Both the position numbers and the translations under genes were made by a program. Below, piece after piece: positions 55,555 to 64,000 of a DNA stretch of 64,000 nt. A model generated the notes under the pieces. It was not told the DNA's origin. It was given only the letters and a program-made list of their open reading frames with translations, and ran no database searches. This DNA is from a virus. Each line of letters begins with the position of its first letter. Position 1 is the stretch's first letter. The stretch is from the IMG/VR virus record IMGVR_UViG_3300009176_000003, positions 4,834 through 68,833 of that record, one strand, 5' to 3'.

Positions 55555-58366
55555 TTAAATCTGTCCGAGGTCTTTCACCGACGTGCCAATTTGCACGTCG
55601 CTGATCTGCACCCGCGCCTCGATCTGCCAGATCCAGTTGTCCGCCTTGAAGCCATCGACGATACGCAGCACTTCGCCCGGCTTGCGGATCTCGCGGCAGT
55701 CCATCAGCCGGTAGGTGCCGTTACCGTTGGTGTCGGCGTAGGTCTTGATGTAGCCGTAACGGTCCTCCGGCAACTCGTCCCACGCGGGATCGTCGGCGTC
55801 TTCCTCCAGGCGCTCTTCGTTCTGCACAGGTGTGTTCGGCGGCACCGAGAAGAACACTTTCATCGCCGAGTAATTCCGCTTGGCGTTCTGCTGGTACTCT
55901 TTTGACCGCCAGACGTAGGACTTCAGTGCCGGCGCGGGATCGCTGAAGTCGAAATAATACACACCCCCATTGGCCACGACGATGCCGATGCCGGTCCACG
56001 GGTCGGTCTGCACGTTCTGGATGTTGATATCCAGCGGGCTGTCGAGGATCTGCAAACCCAGCCTGTGCCCGCCGGGGTGTGGCCAGATCGAGAACCCAAG
56101 ATTGTCCTGGTCGAGTTCAATCGTGAACCCCTGCTGCGCCACGCTGGTGTCGAGTCCGTCGCGCGAGGTGGTCCCCAGGCAGTAGTAGCAGGACTCCAGA
56201 AGGATCGCGCGGGTGTGCTTCTGCGGCACGAGTTGCTGCCAGCGCTCGCGCGTGATCCACTTGTCGCTGGTGTTGCTGGCGCTGCCGTTGCCCGAGACAA
56301 AAATCAGCCCGTTCGGGCTCATGTAGGCGACGTGATTGTCGCCGCCGAGAATGCTGGCGCGCGAGATGCACGGCTGCACCGCCGCGCACTTCACCTGGGT
56401 CATCTGGCTGGGAACAACACCGTTGATCACGTAGGGTGCGGCAGCGGTGCACACGACCAGCGAGCCACCGGTCAGTCCCAACCCGACCACCGGGAAGTCC
56501 ACGGTCAGCACATAGCCGGGCGGCCACGCATGAGGCCGGTACGGCTCGCAGAACCAGACTTCATTTCCGATGAAAGAAGCCAGCATGCCGTTCTGCATCA
56601 CGGTCAGGCCCTGCAGGTTCGCCGGCGGGGGAAACCAGTTGGTGCTGGCCATCACGTCGTTGAGCGCCACGGTGTCGTTGGGGATCTCGTCGACAAAACT
56701 CGCGGTGCCGATGACGAACTCCTCGACGAAGAAGAACGCCGCGCCGCCGCCGACGTCCGGCACGGTGCGATAAAGCCTTAGTTTTTTCAGGTTGCGGTGC
56801 ACCCCCATGTCGTTGGGTGGCGGCTGCCACAGCCCCACCGTCCAGACGCCGTTCGACCACCCGGTGAGCAACACCGGCGGAGAAGGCGGTCCCTCCTCGT
56901 TGTACTCGGTCACCCAGGTGTAGACGTAGGAGCGCGACTCCAAGACGTCAGACGTAATCAAGTCCGCCCACATGTTCAGTGCCGCGCCGGTCGAGCCCAT
57001 GCCGAAGGCGTTGGCCGGGGGACCGTTGGTAAACGTCGTATGAAACGCGACGTGCACGCCTTGTCCCGCGTCCCAGTCGGCCGGGCCGCCCATCACGCCG
57101 ACACTGGTGTCGAACATGATGCCGACCCAGTAATCCGTGTCGCTGCTGAGATTTGTCGGGTTCACAAACGAGCTGACGTTGGCGATGTCGGTGACCACGC
57201 CCGCGGTGATACTCCCGGTGTTGAGCAAGGTGCCGGGCTGGCCGGCTTCGTCGGCGTAGAGCACGGCGGCAAAATACGACGCCGGGTAACCATTCGCCGG
57301 GTCGTTCGGCATGGTGTTGAACTTGACGTCCTGGATTTGCGTCGTGCCGGGAGAAGTTATTTTGGTCAAGTAGACGTGGTTGGCCAGGACATCGACCTTG
57401 ACGCCGTCTTGGGTGAGGTTGCCAAGTTTCAGGCTGTTACCGCCACCGGTAACATCGGCCGTAGGAGCGCACCCGGGAGGCGGCACACCGAGTAAGTATG
57501 GCGGCATCCCGCCCACGATACGATTGTACGTATTGTACGACGGCATCTGGCTGGGACTGGCAAAGTAATAGCGGTCGTACATATCGTCGACCACGGGCGA
57601 CTTGACGACATTCGTGTCCGGGTCGTTGAACTCCAGCCATGCGGCAGCCCCCGTAATGGTGTTGTCGAACGTCGGGTTGGTGCCGCCCAAAAACGTGCTG
57701 GTTACGTGCGAGAAGTCCACCGTGTCGTAGAGCCACTTCATGCGCTCGGTGTTGGTGCTCTCCTGCACGACGATCAGGTTGAACGACGCACCGAAGTCTT
57801 CTGCACCGACTTCGAGGAACGTGCCCACCAGGTCTTGTCCGGTGTCGGGGGCGTGCAGACCTAAAATAGGCTCGGTGTCGGGCAGGAAGAACTTCACCGC
57901 GCCGTTGAACGGCGTGGAAGTGCCGTATTGAATTCCTGCGTTGGTGTTCTCGCCGCTGTCGGCGGTGAGCGCGTGGCCGAGATTCGTGGCCGACGCCATC
58001 ACGTCTGCGCCAATGAGAACCTCGAACGGCTGGCCCACGATGGCATCGTCGGGGTTGGCCGTCAGCACCAAGGTGGTGCGGAACGTGTAGACGTGATCGC
58101 CGACGGTGACCGTGTCGCCGTCACGCGGCAGGTCGAGAAACACCAGATAGGCGCGGGCCTGGGTCTTGGAGACCACAGGCACGCGGTAGACCATGCGCGC
58201 CGCCGAGTTGGTCAGCGCGCGGAGTAATTTCGGCTTGCGCCAGCCGATCAGCTCGCCGGAAAACAGGAAGCCGTTTTCAGCGTAAGATGCTTGACCGGTT
58301 GGCAGAAGTGCCGGACTCCAAGCTGGCAACATCCCGCCGAAACTGTTCGAGTTGCAGGCTAGGCAC
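55555..58366 (-). CDS. Tail tubular/stabilisation-like protein (5' end frameshifted, or start at 58332)
   Basis: FGGMLP...SRSYVYTWVTEYNEEGPPSP...NEVWFCEPYRPHAWP...YMSPNGL...YVWRSKEY. Confidence 0.75.
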
Positions 58367-58883
58367 AACTCACCCCCTTCTCTTCCACATACTTGGCAAG
58401 ACGCCGCAGACGATGTGGATCGTCTTCGCACATACCCAATGCCGTGTTGCAGTACTGACAAAGAATCCCACGCAAAGCGCCTGTGTCGTGACAATGGTCA
58501 ACAGCCCACCCATTCTTAGATCTTGGGTCAGTGGAGCTGCACCCCGCACAACACAAACCTTGGGCAGCAAACATCGCTTCCCATTCCTGTCTAGTTAGTC
58601 CGTATGCGCATTTGATTTTAGACCATTTGTTATGCGCTTTTTGTTTGTCCGGATTAGCAAGCCGCCACGCTTGATGGTACGCGTTACGTTTTTCTTTTTG
58701 CTCTGGCGATAAACTTTTATAGTAGCTAGCAGCCGCTGCTCTCCCCTCCACCGTCTGGTATCTCCTCCGTTTGTATTCAGTCTCTTTCATTCTGTTTTCA
58801 GGATTAAGTCGCCAGCGCTTCCGTGCCGCATGCTGGTTCGCACGTCCACGCTCTGTTAGATGATACGTGCGAACCGCTGGCAT
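58359..58883 (-). CDS. Endonuclease VII-type homing endonuclease
   Basis: YGLT...QGLCCAGC...AVDHCHDTGALRGILCQYCNTALG; lower GC. Confidence 0.9.
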   Translation of the reverse strand: MPAVRTYHLTERGRANQHAARKRWRLNPENRMKETEYKRRRYQTVEGRAAAASYYKSLSPEQKEKRNAYHQAWRLANPDKQKAHNKWSKIKCAYGLTRQEWEAMFAAQGLCCAGCSSTDPRSKNGWAVDHCHDTGALRGILCQYCNTALGMCEDDPHRLRRLAKYVEEKGVSCA

Positions 58884-58891
58884 ATCTCACT

Positions 58892-59350
58892 CTACTCCTT
58901 CAGCGGGGCACTCGTCGCCTTGATGTTGCCCTGGCCCTTGGCCTGGTCAGGCACGTAATCCGGCGGGCGGAACACCTCGACCGAGCCCTTGTCGGCCCAC
59001 TTGTCGCGCTTGTGGCGCTCGTGCGCCTCCTGCCGCTCGATCTCCTGGGAGGCGAACTCCATCACGCGTCTCGCGCCAACCTCCATCTCCAGCTTGGTCT
59101 GCTCGACCATTGCCGGCGGCAGTGACGGAGGGGGTGGCGTTACCGCCACGGCAGCCGGCGCACGCGCCTCCACGATGGCCTGCACGAAGTCGTGCTCGCG
59201 ATTGAGATCCTGCGCCTCGTCATAGATCTTCGCCTCCTCCCTGGAACGGGTCGGATCGAAGGCTTTTTCGTCGGAATCGTCGGTCGTCGGGCTTGTCGTA
59301 TCCGAGTGCGCCTTGCTGCTGTGCCGGGACGACTGCGGGGTCTTGCTCAT
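58892..59350 (-). CDS. Hypothetical protein
   Basis: RBS AAGGAG; 152 aa. Confidence 0.65.
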   Translation of the reverse strand: MSKTPQSSRHSSKAHSDTTSPTTDDSDEKAFDPTRSREEAKIYDEAQDLNREHDFVQAIVEARAPAAVAVTPPPPSLPPAMVEQTKLEMEVGARRVMEFASQEIERQEAHERHKRDKWADKGSVEVFRPPDYVPDQAKGQGNIKATSAPLKE

Positions 59351-59518
59351 AGGCATCTCCTTGTGCGGTACCGGTGAAGTGCGTGCGCGAGGTGGCAATC
59401 GCCGCCTGCCGGGCCCCCTTCGACTCGCGGGTGGCGCGGCCGAAGGTAATGCTCCACGGCGGCTTGCGGGCACTGTCCTCCATGGAACGCTCTAAAGAAG
59501 GAAACGGCACGGCGGTTC

Positions 59519-61210
59519 TCATGCGGTCATCACCAGGTATACCTTCAGCCCCTTGGCGGTGCCGTCGCCAACCTGGTCAATGTCGACCGACATCTCGGCA
59601 TCGAGCGCCAGGGACGTGTCCGAGATCACCGGCGCGGTCGCCGCCGTCGTCGAAGTCTTCTCGGTGTTGTCGATGGTGATCTTGGTCGAGAGCACGCTGG
59701 TGCCGGCCTCGTTGATGTCGACCGTGAAAATGCTCCCCGAGGTCTGCGCGGTAGTGAGCGAGGCGCGCACGCCGGTCAGCGTCATGGCGAACGGCATGCG
59801 GAAAGTGGTTTTACCGGTGCCGGCGGTCAGCGCGGTGGTCTCGTCCGAGCAGGCCACGATCAGCGTCGAGTCGGTGAACGCCGCACCGGTTGGCCCGATG
59901 CGCCCGGTCGGGCCGGTCACCGTGGAGGGCGTGCCCGGCACGCCCGGCGGACCCGCGCCGCCGGTCGGGCCTGTTACCGTGGAGGCAGCGCCGGTCGCGC
60001 CTAAACCAGTCGGGCCGGTAGTCCCGGCAGGCCCGGTCGGACCGGTGCCGCCGGTCCCCGCCAAGCCCGTCGGGCCTGTGGCTCCAGTGCTCACCGCCGT
60101 GCCGGGGATACCCGTCGGGCCGATCACGCCGGTCGGGCCGGTGCGGCCCGTCGCGCCGGTCGCGCCTAACCCAGTCGGGCCTGTGGCTCCGGTACGGGTG
60201 TTGGTGCCGTCTGCGCCCGGCCGCCCGGTCGGTCCGGTCAAGCCGGCAGGCCCAAGCGGTCCGGTTGGCCCGGTGCGCCCGGTTGCGCCAGTGGTCGAGG
60301 CGGTACCCGCCGGACCGGTAAAGCCAGTCGGGCCGATGGGTCCGGTACGGCCTGTGGCACCGGTCACGCCGGTGCCCGCCGGCCCGGTGTTGCCCGTCAC
60401 GCCGGTGATCCCGGTCGGGCCGGTTATGCCCTGCGCACCGGTCGGACCTTGTATCCCCTGCGCCCCGGTGACCCCCGGAGGGCCGGTCGCGCCAGTGGCG
60501 GCAGCCGCACCCGGCGTGCCGCCGGGACCCTGCAGACCTATCGGCCCAGTCGGGCCGGTGCTGCCAGTCGATCCGGTTCCGGCCGCGGTCCCGGCCGCAC
60601 CAGTCGAGCCGGTCATACCAGTCGGGCCGGTCAGGCCCTGGGAACCCGTTGCGCCCGTGCTGGCGAGCCCGGTCGGACCCGTGGCACCGGTCATGCCGGT
60701 GTTGCCGACCCCAACAGGTCCCGTATCGCCGGTGAACCCGGTCGGGCCGATTAGCCCTTGCAGCCCGGCCGGACCCAGGGGACCGGTTGCGCCGGTTGCG
60801 CCGGTCGTCGAGGCAAAACCGGGCGGGCCGGTCATGCCGGTCGGGCCAGGCGGACCAATAATGAGCGGATTACTGGGGGGCTCGGTGACCATCACCGGAG
60901 CGTCGACCTGGAACACGATTGTGTAATTCCAGCGCTGCTGGTCGTTGGTCAGAACGAGAAGTGCGAGGGTGAACGTCTCGCCAAGCGACCCCGACGTGAC
61001 CAGCAGGTAGCAACCGGTCTGGTCGTTGACCAGGTCGCACGGGTCGACCACCGTGCTGACGTTGCTGGTCACCGAGGCACGCGCCTCGATAAGATTAACC
61101 CCCGGCTCCAGCAAGCTATCGAACGACACCAGGAAGCGCTCGGTGTCGCCGGCCGAAAGATGCTGCTCGCCCAGATAGCTCGCGGTCGAAGCGACTTCGA
61201 TCTCGATCAT
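59519..61210 (-). CDS. Collagen-like tail fibre with N-terminal adaptor domain
   Basis: About 330 aa of GXT repeats; C-terminal [13 protein letters not shown]...FRMPFAMTL...[15 protein letters not shown]. Confidence 0.85.
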   Translation of the reverse strand: MIEIEVASTASYLGEQHLSAGDTERFLVSFDSLLEPGVNLIEARASVTSNVSTVVDPCDLVNDQTGCYLLVTSGSLGETFTLALLVLTNDQQRWNYTIVFQVDAPVMVTEPPSNPLIIGPPGPTGMTGPPGFASTTGATGATGPLGPAGLQGLIGPTGFTGDTGPVGVGNTGMTGATGPTGLASTGATGSQGLTGPTGMTGSTGAAGTAAGTGSTGSTGPTGPIGLQGPGGTPGAAAATGATGPPGVTGAQGIQGPTGAQGITGPTGITGVTGNTGPAGTGVTGATGRTGPIGPTGFTGPAGTASTTGATGRTGPTGPLGPAGLTGPTGRPGADGTNTRTGATGPTGLGATGATGRTGPTGVIGPTGIPGTAVSTGATGPTGLAGTGGTGPTGPAGTTGPTGLGATGAASTVTGPTGGAGPPGVPGTPSTVTGPTGRIGPTGAAFTDSTLIVACSDETTALTAGTGKTTFRMPFAMTLTGVRASLTTAQTSGSIFTVDINEAGTSVLSTKITIDNTEKTSTTAATAPVISDTSLALDAEMSVDIDQVGDGTAKGLKVYLVMTA

Positions 61211-61530
61211 TCACGCGCCCCCACGACGTAGTGGACGGTGTAGTTCAGCTCCTGGCCGTCATTGGTGGTGACCGCGAAGTTCACGTCGAACGTGGTGGGG
61301 TCGTCGGTCGACTCGACGTACCAAAAGACTGATCTACGGTCGTTGGCGAGCTGCAGCCGGTTGACGATGGCGTCGTCGTCGATGACTTCGGTGTCGATGC
61401 TCATCCCGGTAAGCAGCACTCCCGGTTCGAGAAAATAACCAAAGTCCGCCTGGTAGCGCTCGACGTTGCTCGCAGTGAGACGGACCGCACCCAGGTCCCC
61501 GTCGCTGTCGGCAATCTCGAACACGTGCAC
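61207..61530 (-). CDS. Fibre-adaptor-like protein, paralog of the N-terminus of 59519-61210
   Basis: GTG start; [15 protein letters not shown]...[11 protein letters not shown] vs [15 protein letters not shown]...[11 protein letters not shown]. Confidence 0.65.
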   Translation of the reverse strand: MHVFEIADSDGDLGAVRLTASNVERYQADFGYFLEPGVLLTGMSIDTEVIDDDAIVNRLQLANDRRSVFWYVESTDDPTTFDVNFAVTTNDGQELNYTVHYVVGARE

Positions 61531-61538
61531 CCGTACAC

Positions 61539-62129
61539 CTATGCCTTGGTCCCGACCGCCATCCACATCACGTCGACCGGCCCGGTGTTGACGGAGAGGT
61601 TGAACCCGATGGTCGAGCGCGAGATCACCAGCGGGAAAGTCCCGGTCGGGCCGCTGTGCCCGACGGTCACCACCGGCGGGATCAGGAACGTGGCCGGAAA
61701 ACCCACGCCTCCGCCCGGCGGCAGCGACGAAGTGAGCCCCCACGCCAGCATGATGTTGTTGAGCGCGAAGTAACCGGTCGGCCCGACACCGGTCGCGCCG
61801 GTGAACGTCATGGGGACAGACCCGGTCGGACCGCTGGCCCCGGTCATGCCGGTCGGCCCGGTCACCCCGGTCGCACCGGTGTTGCCGGTCATGGCGAACC
61901 CAGCCGCGCCGGTGTACCCGGTCGGGCCAATGGGTCCAGTCGATCCCGGCACGCTCGATGCCAAGCCCGCCTCACCCGTTTGACCACGCATCCCGGTCGG
62001 GCCGGTCACACCGGTCGGACCAAACGGGCCCGTCGAACCAGACGGACCGCCAAACGGCCCAGTCGGGCCGCCCACCACCACGACAGGACGGGCAAAAACC
62101 TGTGCCGGACCGAGAATGTCTATCGGCAT
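61539..62129 (-). CDS. Short collagen-like fibre protein
   Basis: GXT repeats; C-terminal IMLAWG...FPATF..PPVVT...MWMAVG fibre-tip motif. Confidence 0.8.
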   Translation of the reverse strand: MPIDILGPAQVFARPVVVVGGPTGPFGGPSGSTGPFGPTGVTGPTGMRGQTGEAGLASSVPGSTGPIGPTGYTGAAGFAMTGNTGATGVTGPTGMTGASGPTGSVPMTFTGATGVGPTGYFALNNIMLAWGLTSSLPPGGGVGFPATFLIPPVVTVGHSGPTGTFPLVISRSTIGFNLSVNTGPVDVMWMAVGTKA

Positions 62130-62132
62130 GGA

Positions 62133-62510
62133 TTACCCCTCGGTCACGGCGTCGGCATAACGAAACTCGCCGTGCATCAACTGCGTCCGCACTGCGGTAT
62201 TGGTGTCGGTCATGATCAGGTCGTAGAAATAACAGCCCGGCACCAGCGCGTTCTCCATGGTGACCGGCGGCACGTTGAACCCGAGAATGCGCAAGGCCGC
62301 GTCGTAGACCACGATCTCGGCAGCAGCCGAAGTGAACGCGAGCGTCTCGTTGTCCTGCTCGTAGTTGCCTTTGAGACCCATGCGGAAGGTCTTGTTGTTG
62401 AGATCCCAAGAGGTGTCGTTGGGGTCGTCGAACATCACGGCATCAGAGAACGTGGTGTTCTTGGCCACCGTGATATTGGCGGGCACGCTGGTCGGCGAGG
62501 CCGTGTGCAT
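62133..62510 (-). CDS. Hypothetical structural protein
   Basis: NITV...WDL...YFYDLIMTD...LMHGEF, typical of fibre-attachment domains. Confidence 0.65.
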   Translation of the reverse strand: MHTASPTSVPANITVAKNTTFSDAVMFDDPNDTSWDLNNKTFRMGLKGNYEQDNETLAFTSAAAEIVVYDAALRILGFNVPPVTMENALVPGCYFYDLIMTDTNTAVRTQLMHGEFRYADAVTEG

Positions 62511-62515
62511 GGCGC

Positions 62516-63160
62516 TCAGAACCTCGTCGGGTAGGCGGTGCTGACCCCGCCGCGCTGGGAGTTGTTGCGCCAGCCGCGCGGGTAGGACCAGTTCTGCGCG
62601 CCCTTGAGGTTGGCGCGCTCGGCCGCGACTTTCGCCAGCTGGATGCCCGTGCGAAACCGCTTCAGGTGATAGGCCGCCATGGTGTTGTTGGAGTAGGTTT
62701 TCTGCTGTTGCCCCATCATCTTGCCGACCAGGCCGTCGAGAATGTGGATGCTGTAGACGCGCAGCGTCCAGTCCGGCGCGACCGGAAGAGCATCCCTGGT
62801 GATCGGCAGCGTTACTGTCTTGGTAACACGAGCAAAGAAGTTCGCCGGAGAGTCACTCTGCGGCGGCCAGCGCAGGATCAAGGTGGCGAAATCCGGCATG
62901 TAGGACTCCACCGGAGAGAGGTTGCCGTCCCACACGCCGTTGAGGCGTATGATCTGGCCGTCCTGCGCGGGCGCAAGCAGGTACTCGGTCTGGTTGGCCA
63001 CCGGCAGGAAGGGAATGTCTTCTTGCCAGCAAGAACTATCCTCGAAGAACTCCTTGAGAACGTCATACAGCTCGGCCTTGATGCCGGCTTCACTCGCGCC
63101 GGTCAGCTTGATCTGCGCTTGGGCGAGAAGCTGCTGGGTCTCGCGCGGGTCGAGCGCCAT
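62516..63160 (-). CDS. Head-tail adaptor / tail tubular A-like protein
   Basis: 214 aa; EFFEDSSCWQE; two genes downstream of capsid. Confidence 0.6.
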   Translation of the reverse strand: MALDPRETQQLLAQAQIKLTGASEAGIKAELYDVLKEFFEDSSCWQEDIPFLPVANQTEYLLAPAQDGQIIRLNGVWDGNLSPVESYMPDFATLILRWPPQSDSPANFFARVTKTVTLPITRDALPVAPDWTLRVYSIHILDGLVGKMMGQQQKTYSNNTMAAYHLKRFRTGIQLAKVAAERANLKGAQNWSYPRGWRNNSQRGGVSTAYPTRF

Positions 63161-63595
63161 TTATTCGCCTCCCGCCGGCGGACCCGACCCGCGTGGCTTG
63201 CTGCGCGGTGCCGGCGTGCCGCCTTCGACGGGAACGGAAGGCCGCTGCCCGGTCAGCATGTTGATGTAGTTCAGGATGAACGTGTTGGCGCGTGAGTCCT
63301 GCACGTCCTCCTCGTCCCTGAGTAAAGCGTGCCCGGCAATGCCGTACTCGATAGGTAGCCGGAAAGACGGCTCAACCGGGATAACCGCGCCGCTGATCTC
63401 TTCGTACTGCGGCACTTCGATGCCGTAACGACTGATGAACAGGTCCGGACGTAACCGCCTGGCGTCGTTGAGCGTGATGTTAAGCGCTGCGATGAGGGAA
63501 GTATCGCCGTAGCGGTAGGGGCGAATCTTGTCGAGCAGGAGGTTGCGCACCCCTTTGATCATCTGCTCGACAGTCATCAGGTTGGGTGGCGGCAT
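63161..63595 (-). CDS. Head-tail adaptor protein
   Basis: VRNLLLD..PYRY...RRLRPDLF; first gene after capsid. Confidence 0.6.
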   Translation of the reverse strand: MPPPNLMTVEQMIKGVRNLLLDKIRPYRYGDTSLIAALNITLNDARRLRPDLFISRYGIEVPQYEEISGAVIPVEPSFRLPIEYGIAGHALLRDEEDVQDSRANTFILNYINMLTGQRPSVPVEGGTPAPRSKPRGSGPPAGGE

Positions 63596-63633
63596 AATGC
63601 TCCCTCGCTGCCGCGCAGAGTAGCGGGGAGGGC

Positions 63634-63650
63634 GTTAAGAGACCGCTAAC
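63634..63650. promoter_or_regulatory. CtrA-box-like site upstream of the adaptor/tail operon
   Basis: GTTAA-GAGACCG-CTAAC; on the - strand followed by GCTACTCT (-10-like). Confidence 0.5.
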
Positions 63651-63655
63651 GGCGC

Positions 63656-63690
63656 AGAAGGAAGCCGCCGCGGTGGGTGACCGCGGCGGT
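63656..63690 (-). terminator. Terminator-like hairpin after the major capsid gene
   Basis: Minus strand ACCGCCGCGGT-CACCC-ACCGCGGCGGC-TTCCTTCT. Confidence 0.55.
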
Positions 63691-63708
63691 AACGCGTTGG
63701 TTATGCGA

Positions 63709-64000
63709 CTACCCCGCTGGCGCAACCTGGGCTTGAACCATCGCTTTTCCGTCTGCGATTGTGTAGCCGTATACTTGGAGGCCCCTCAAGATTTGAGAGA
63801 AAGTCATCTCGGATCTTAGTGTCTCAACCTTACTAATTTGCGACGCGAACGTAAGTGAATGCGCATGGCCAGCGTATATCGGCCATTCTCCACTTGCGAA
63901 GTTGGTCGAATCACTTGAGTTGTTCGGCAGCAAGTTAGAGATGTAAATGGTGAAACGGTCGATCATGCCCAGCCGCCCGTTGCGCAGCATCGAGACGCTG
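63709..64000 (-). CDS. Major capsid protein, C-terminal part
   Basis: LRNGRLGMIDRFTIYISN...AGH..LTFASQI...ETLRSE.TF..ILRGLQVYG; followed by terminator and adaptor genes. Confidence 0.85.
   Translation of the reverse strand, partial: SVSMLRNGRLGMIDRFTIYISNLLPNNSSDSTNFASGEWPIYAGHAHSLTFASQISKVETLRSEMTFSQILRGLQVYGYTIADGKAMVQAQVAPAG

Larger units (their letters stand above)
2014..63693. repeat. Genome-wide dispersed palindrome, consensus GTTACCG-N3(4)-CGGTAAC, about 28 copies
   Basis: Copies start at 2014, 5235, 7403, 9474, 13492, 17215, 19887, 21635, 23995, 26143, 27015, 31040, 33041, 35968, 36963, 39270, 41425, 44065, 44692, 46101, 48655, 49860, 51434, 53616, 55532, 57436, 59139, 63677. Confidence 0.85.

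Noticed and set aside
59553-60926. 457-aa PVG/PVA-repeat ORF and similar ORFs at 0.8-2.7 kb
   Set aside because: Reverse-complement reading of collagen GPT codons

Overview
Most of a ~64% GC tailed-phage genome with podovirus-like organisation (no tape-measure or sheath gene seen; several large internal-virion proteins). The host is probably an alphaproteobacterium, inferred from a CtrA-like DNA-binding domain and a VPGP-type PEP-CTERM-like protein. The window is circularly permuted: it opens inside a GT2-TPR glycosyltransferase and closes inside the major capsid gene, both on the - strand. Layout: 1-5.1 kb GT2, three collagen-like genes and portal (-); 5.2-7.3 kb terS/terL (+); 7.3-18.9 kb tail fibres, tailspike, CtrA-like regulator and small genes (-); 19.0-19.7 kb AT-rich divergent control region; 19.7-40.4 kb early and replication genes (+), including AAA ATPase, peptidase-vWA, PolA, Cas4-like nuclease, VRR-NUC, SNF2 helicase, SSB-like protein and primase-helicase; 40.5-64 kb internal virion proteins, GH19 lysis cassette, tail, collagen fibres, adaptors and capsid (-). 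No integrase, tRNA, rRNA, CRISPR array or reverse transcriptase was seen. Main observations: (1) about 28 dispersed copies of a 17-bp palindrome GTTACCG-N3-CGGTAAC, mostly inside genes; (2) a receiver-less CtrA-like regulator plus CtrA-box-like sites upstream of structural operons; (3) five Gly-X-Thr collagen genes with a GT2-TPR enzyme; (4) repeat-bracketed mini-genes in the early region; (5) a shared [YF]xxGGxV motif in internal proteins. All product calls come from motif recognition by eye, not database searches.
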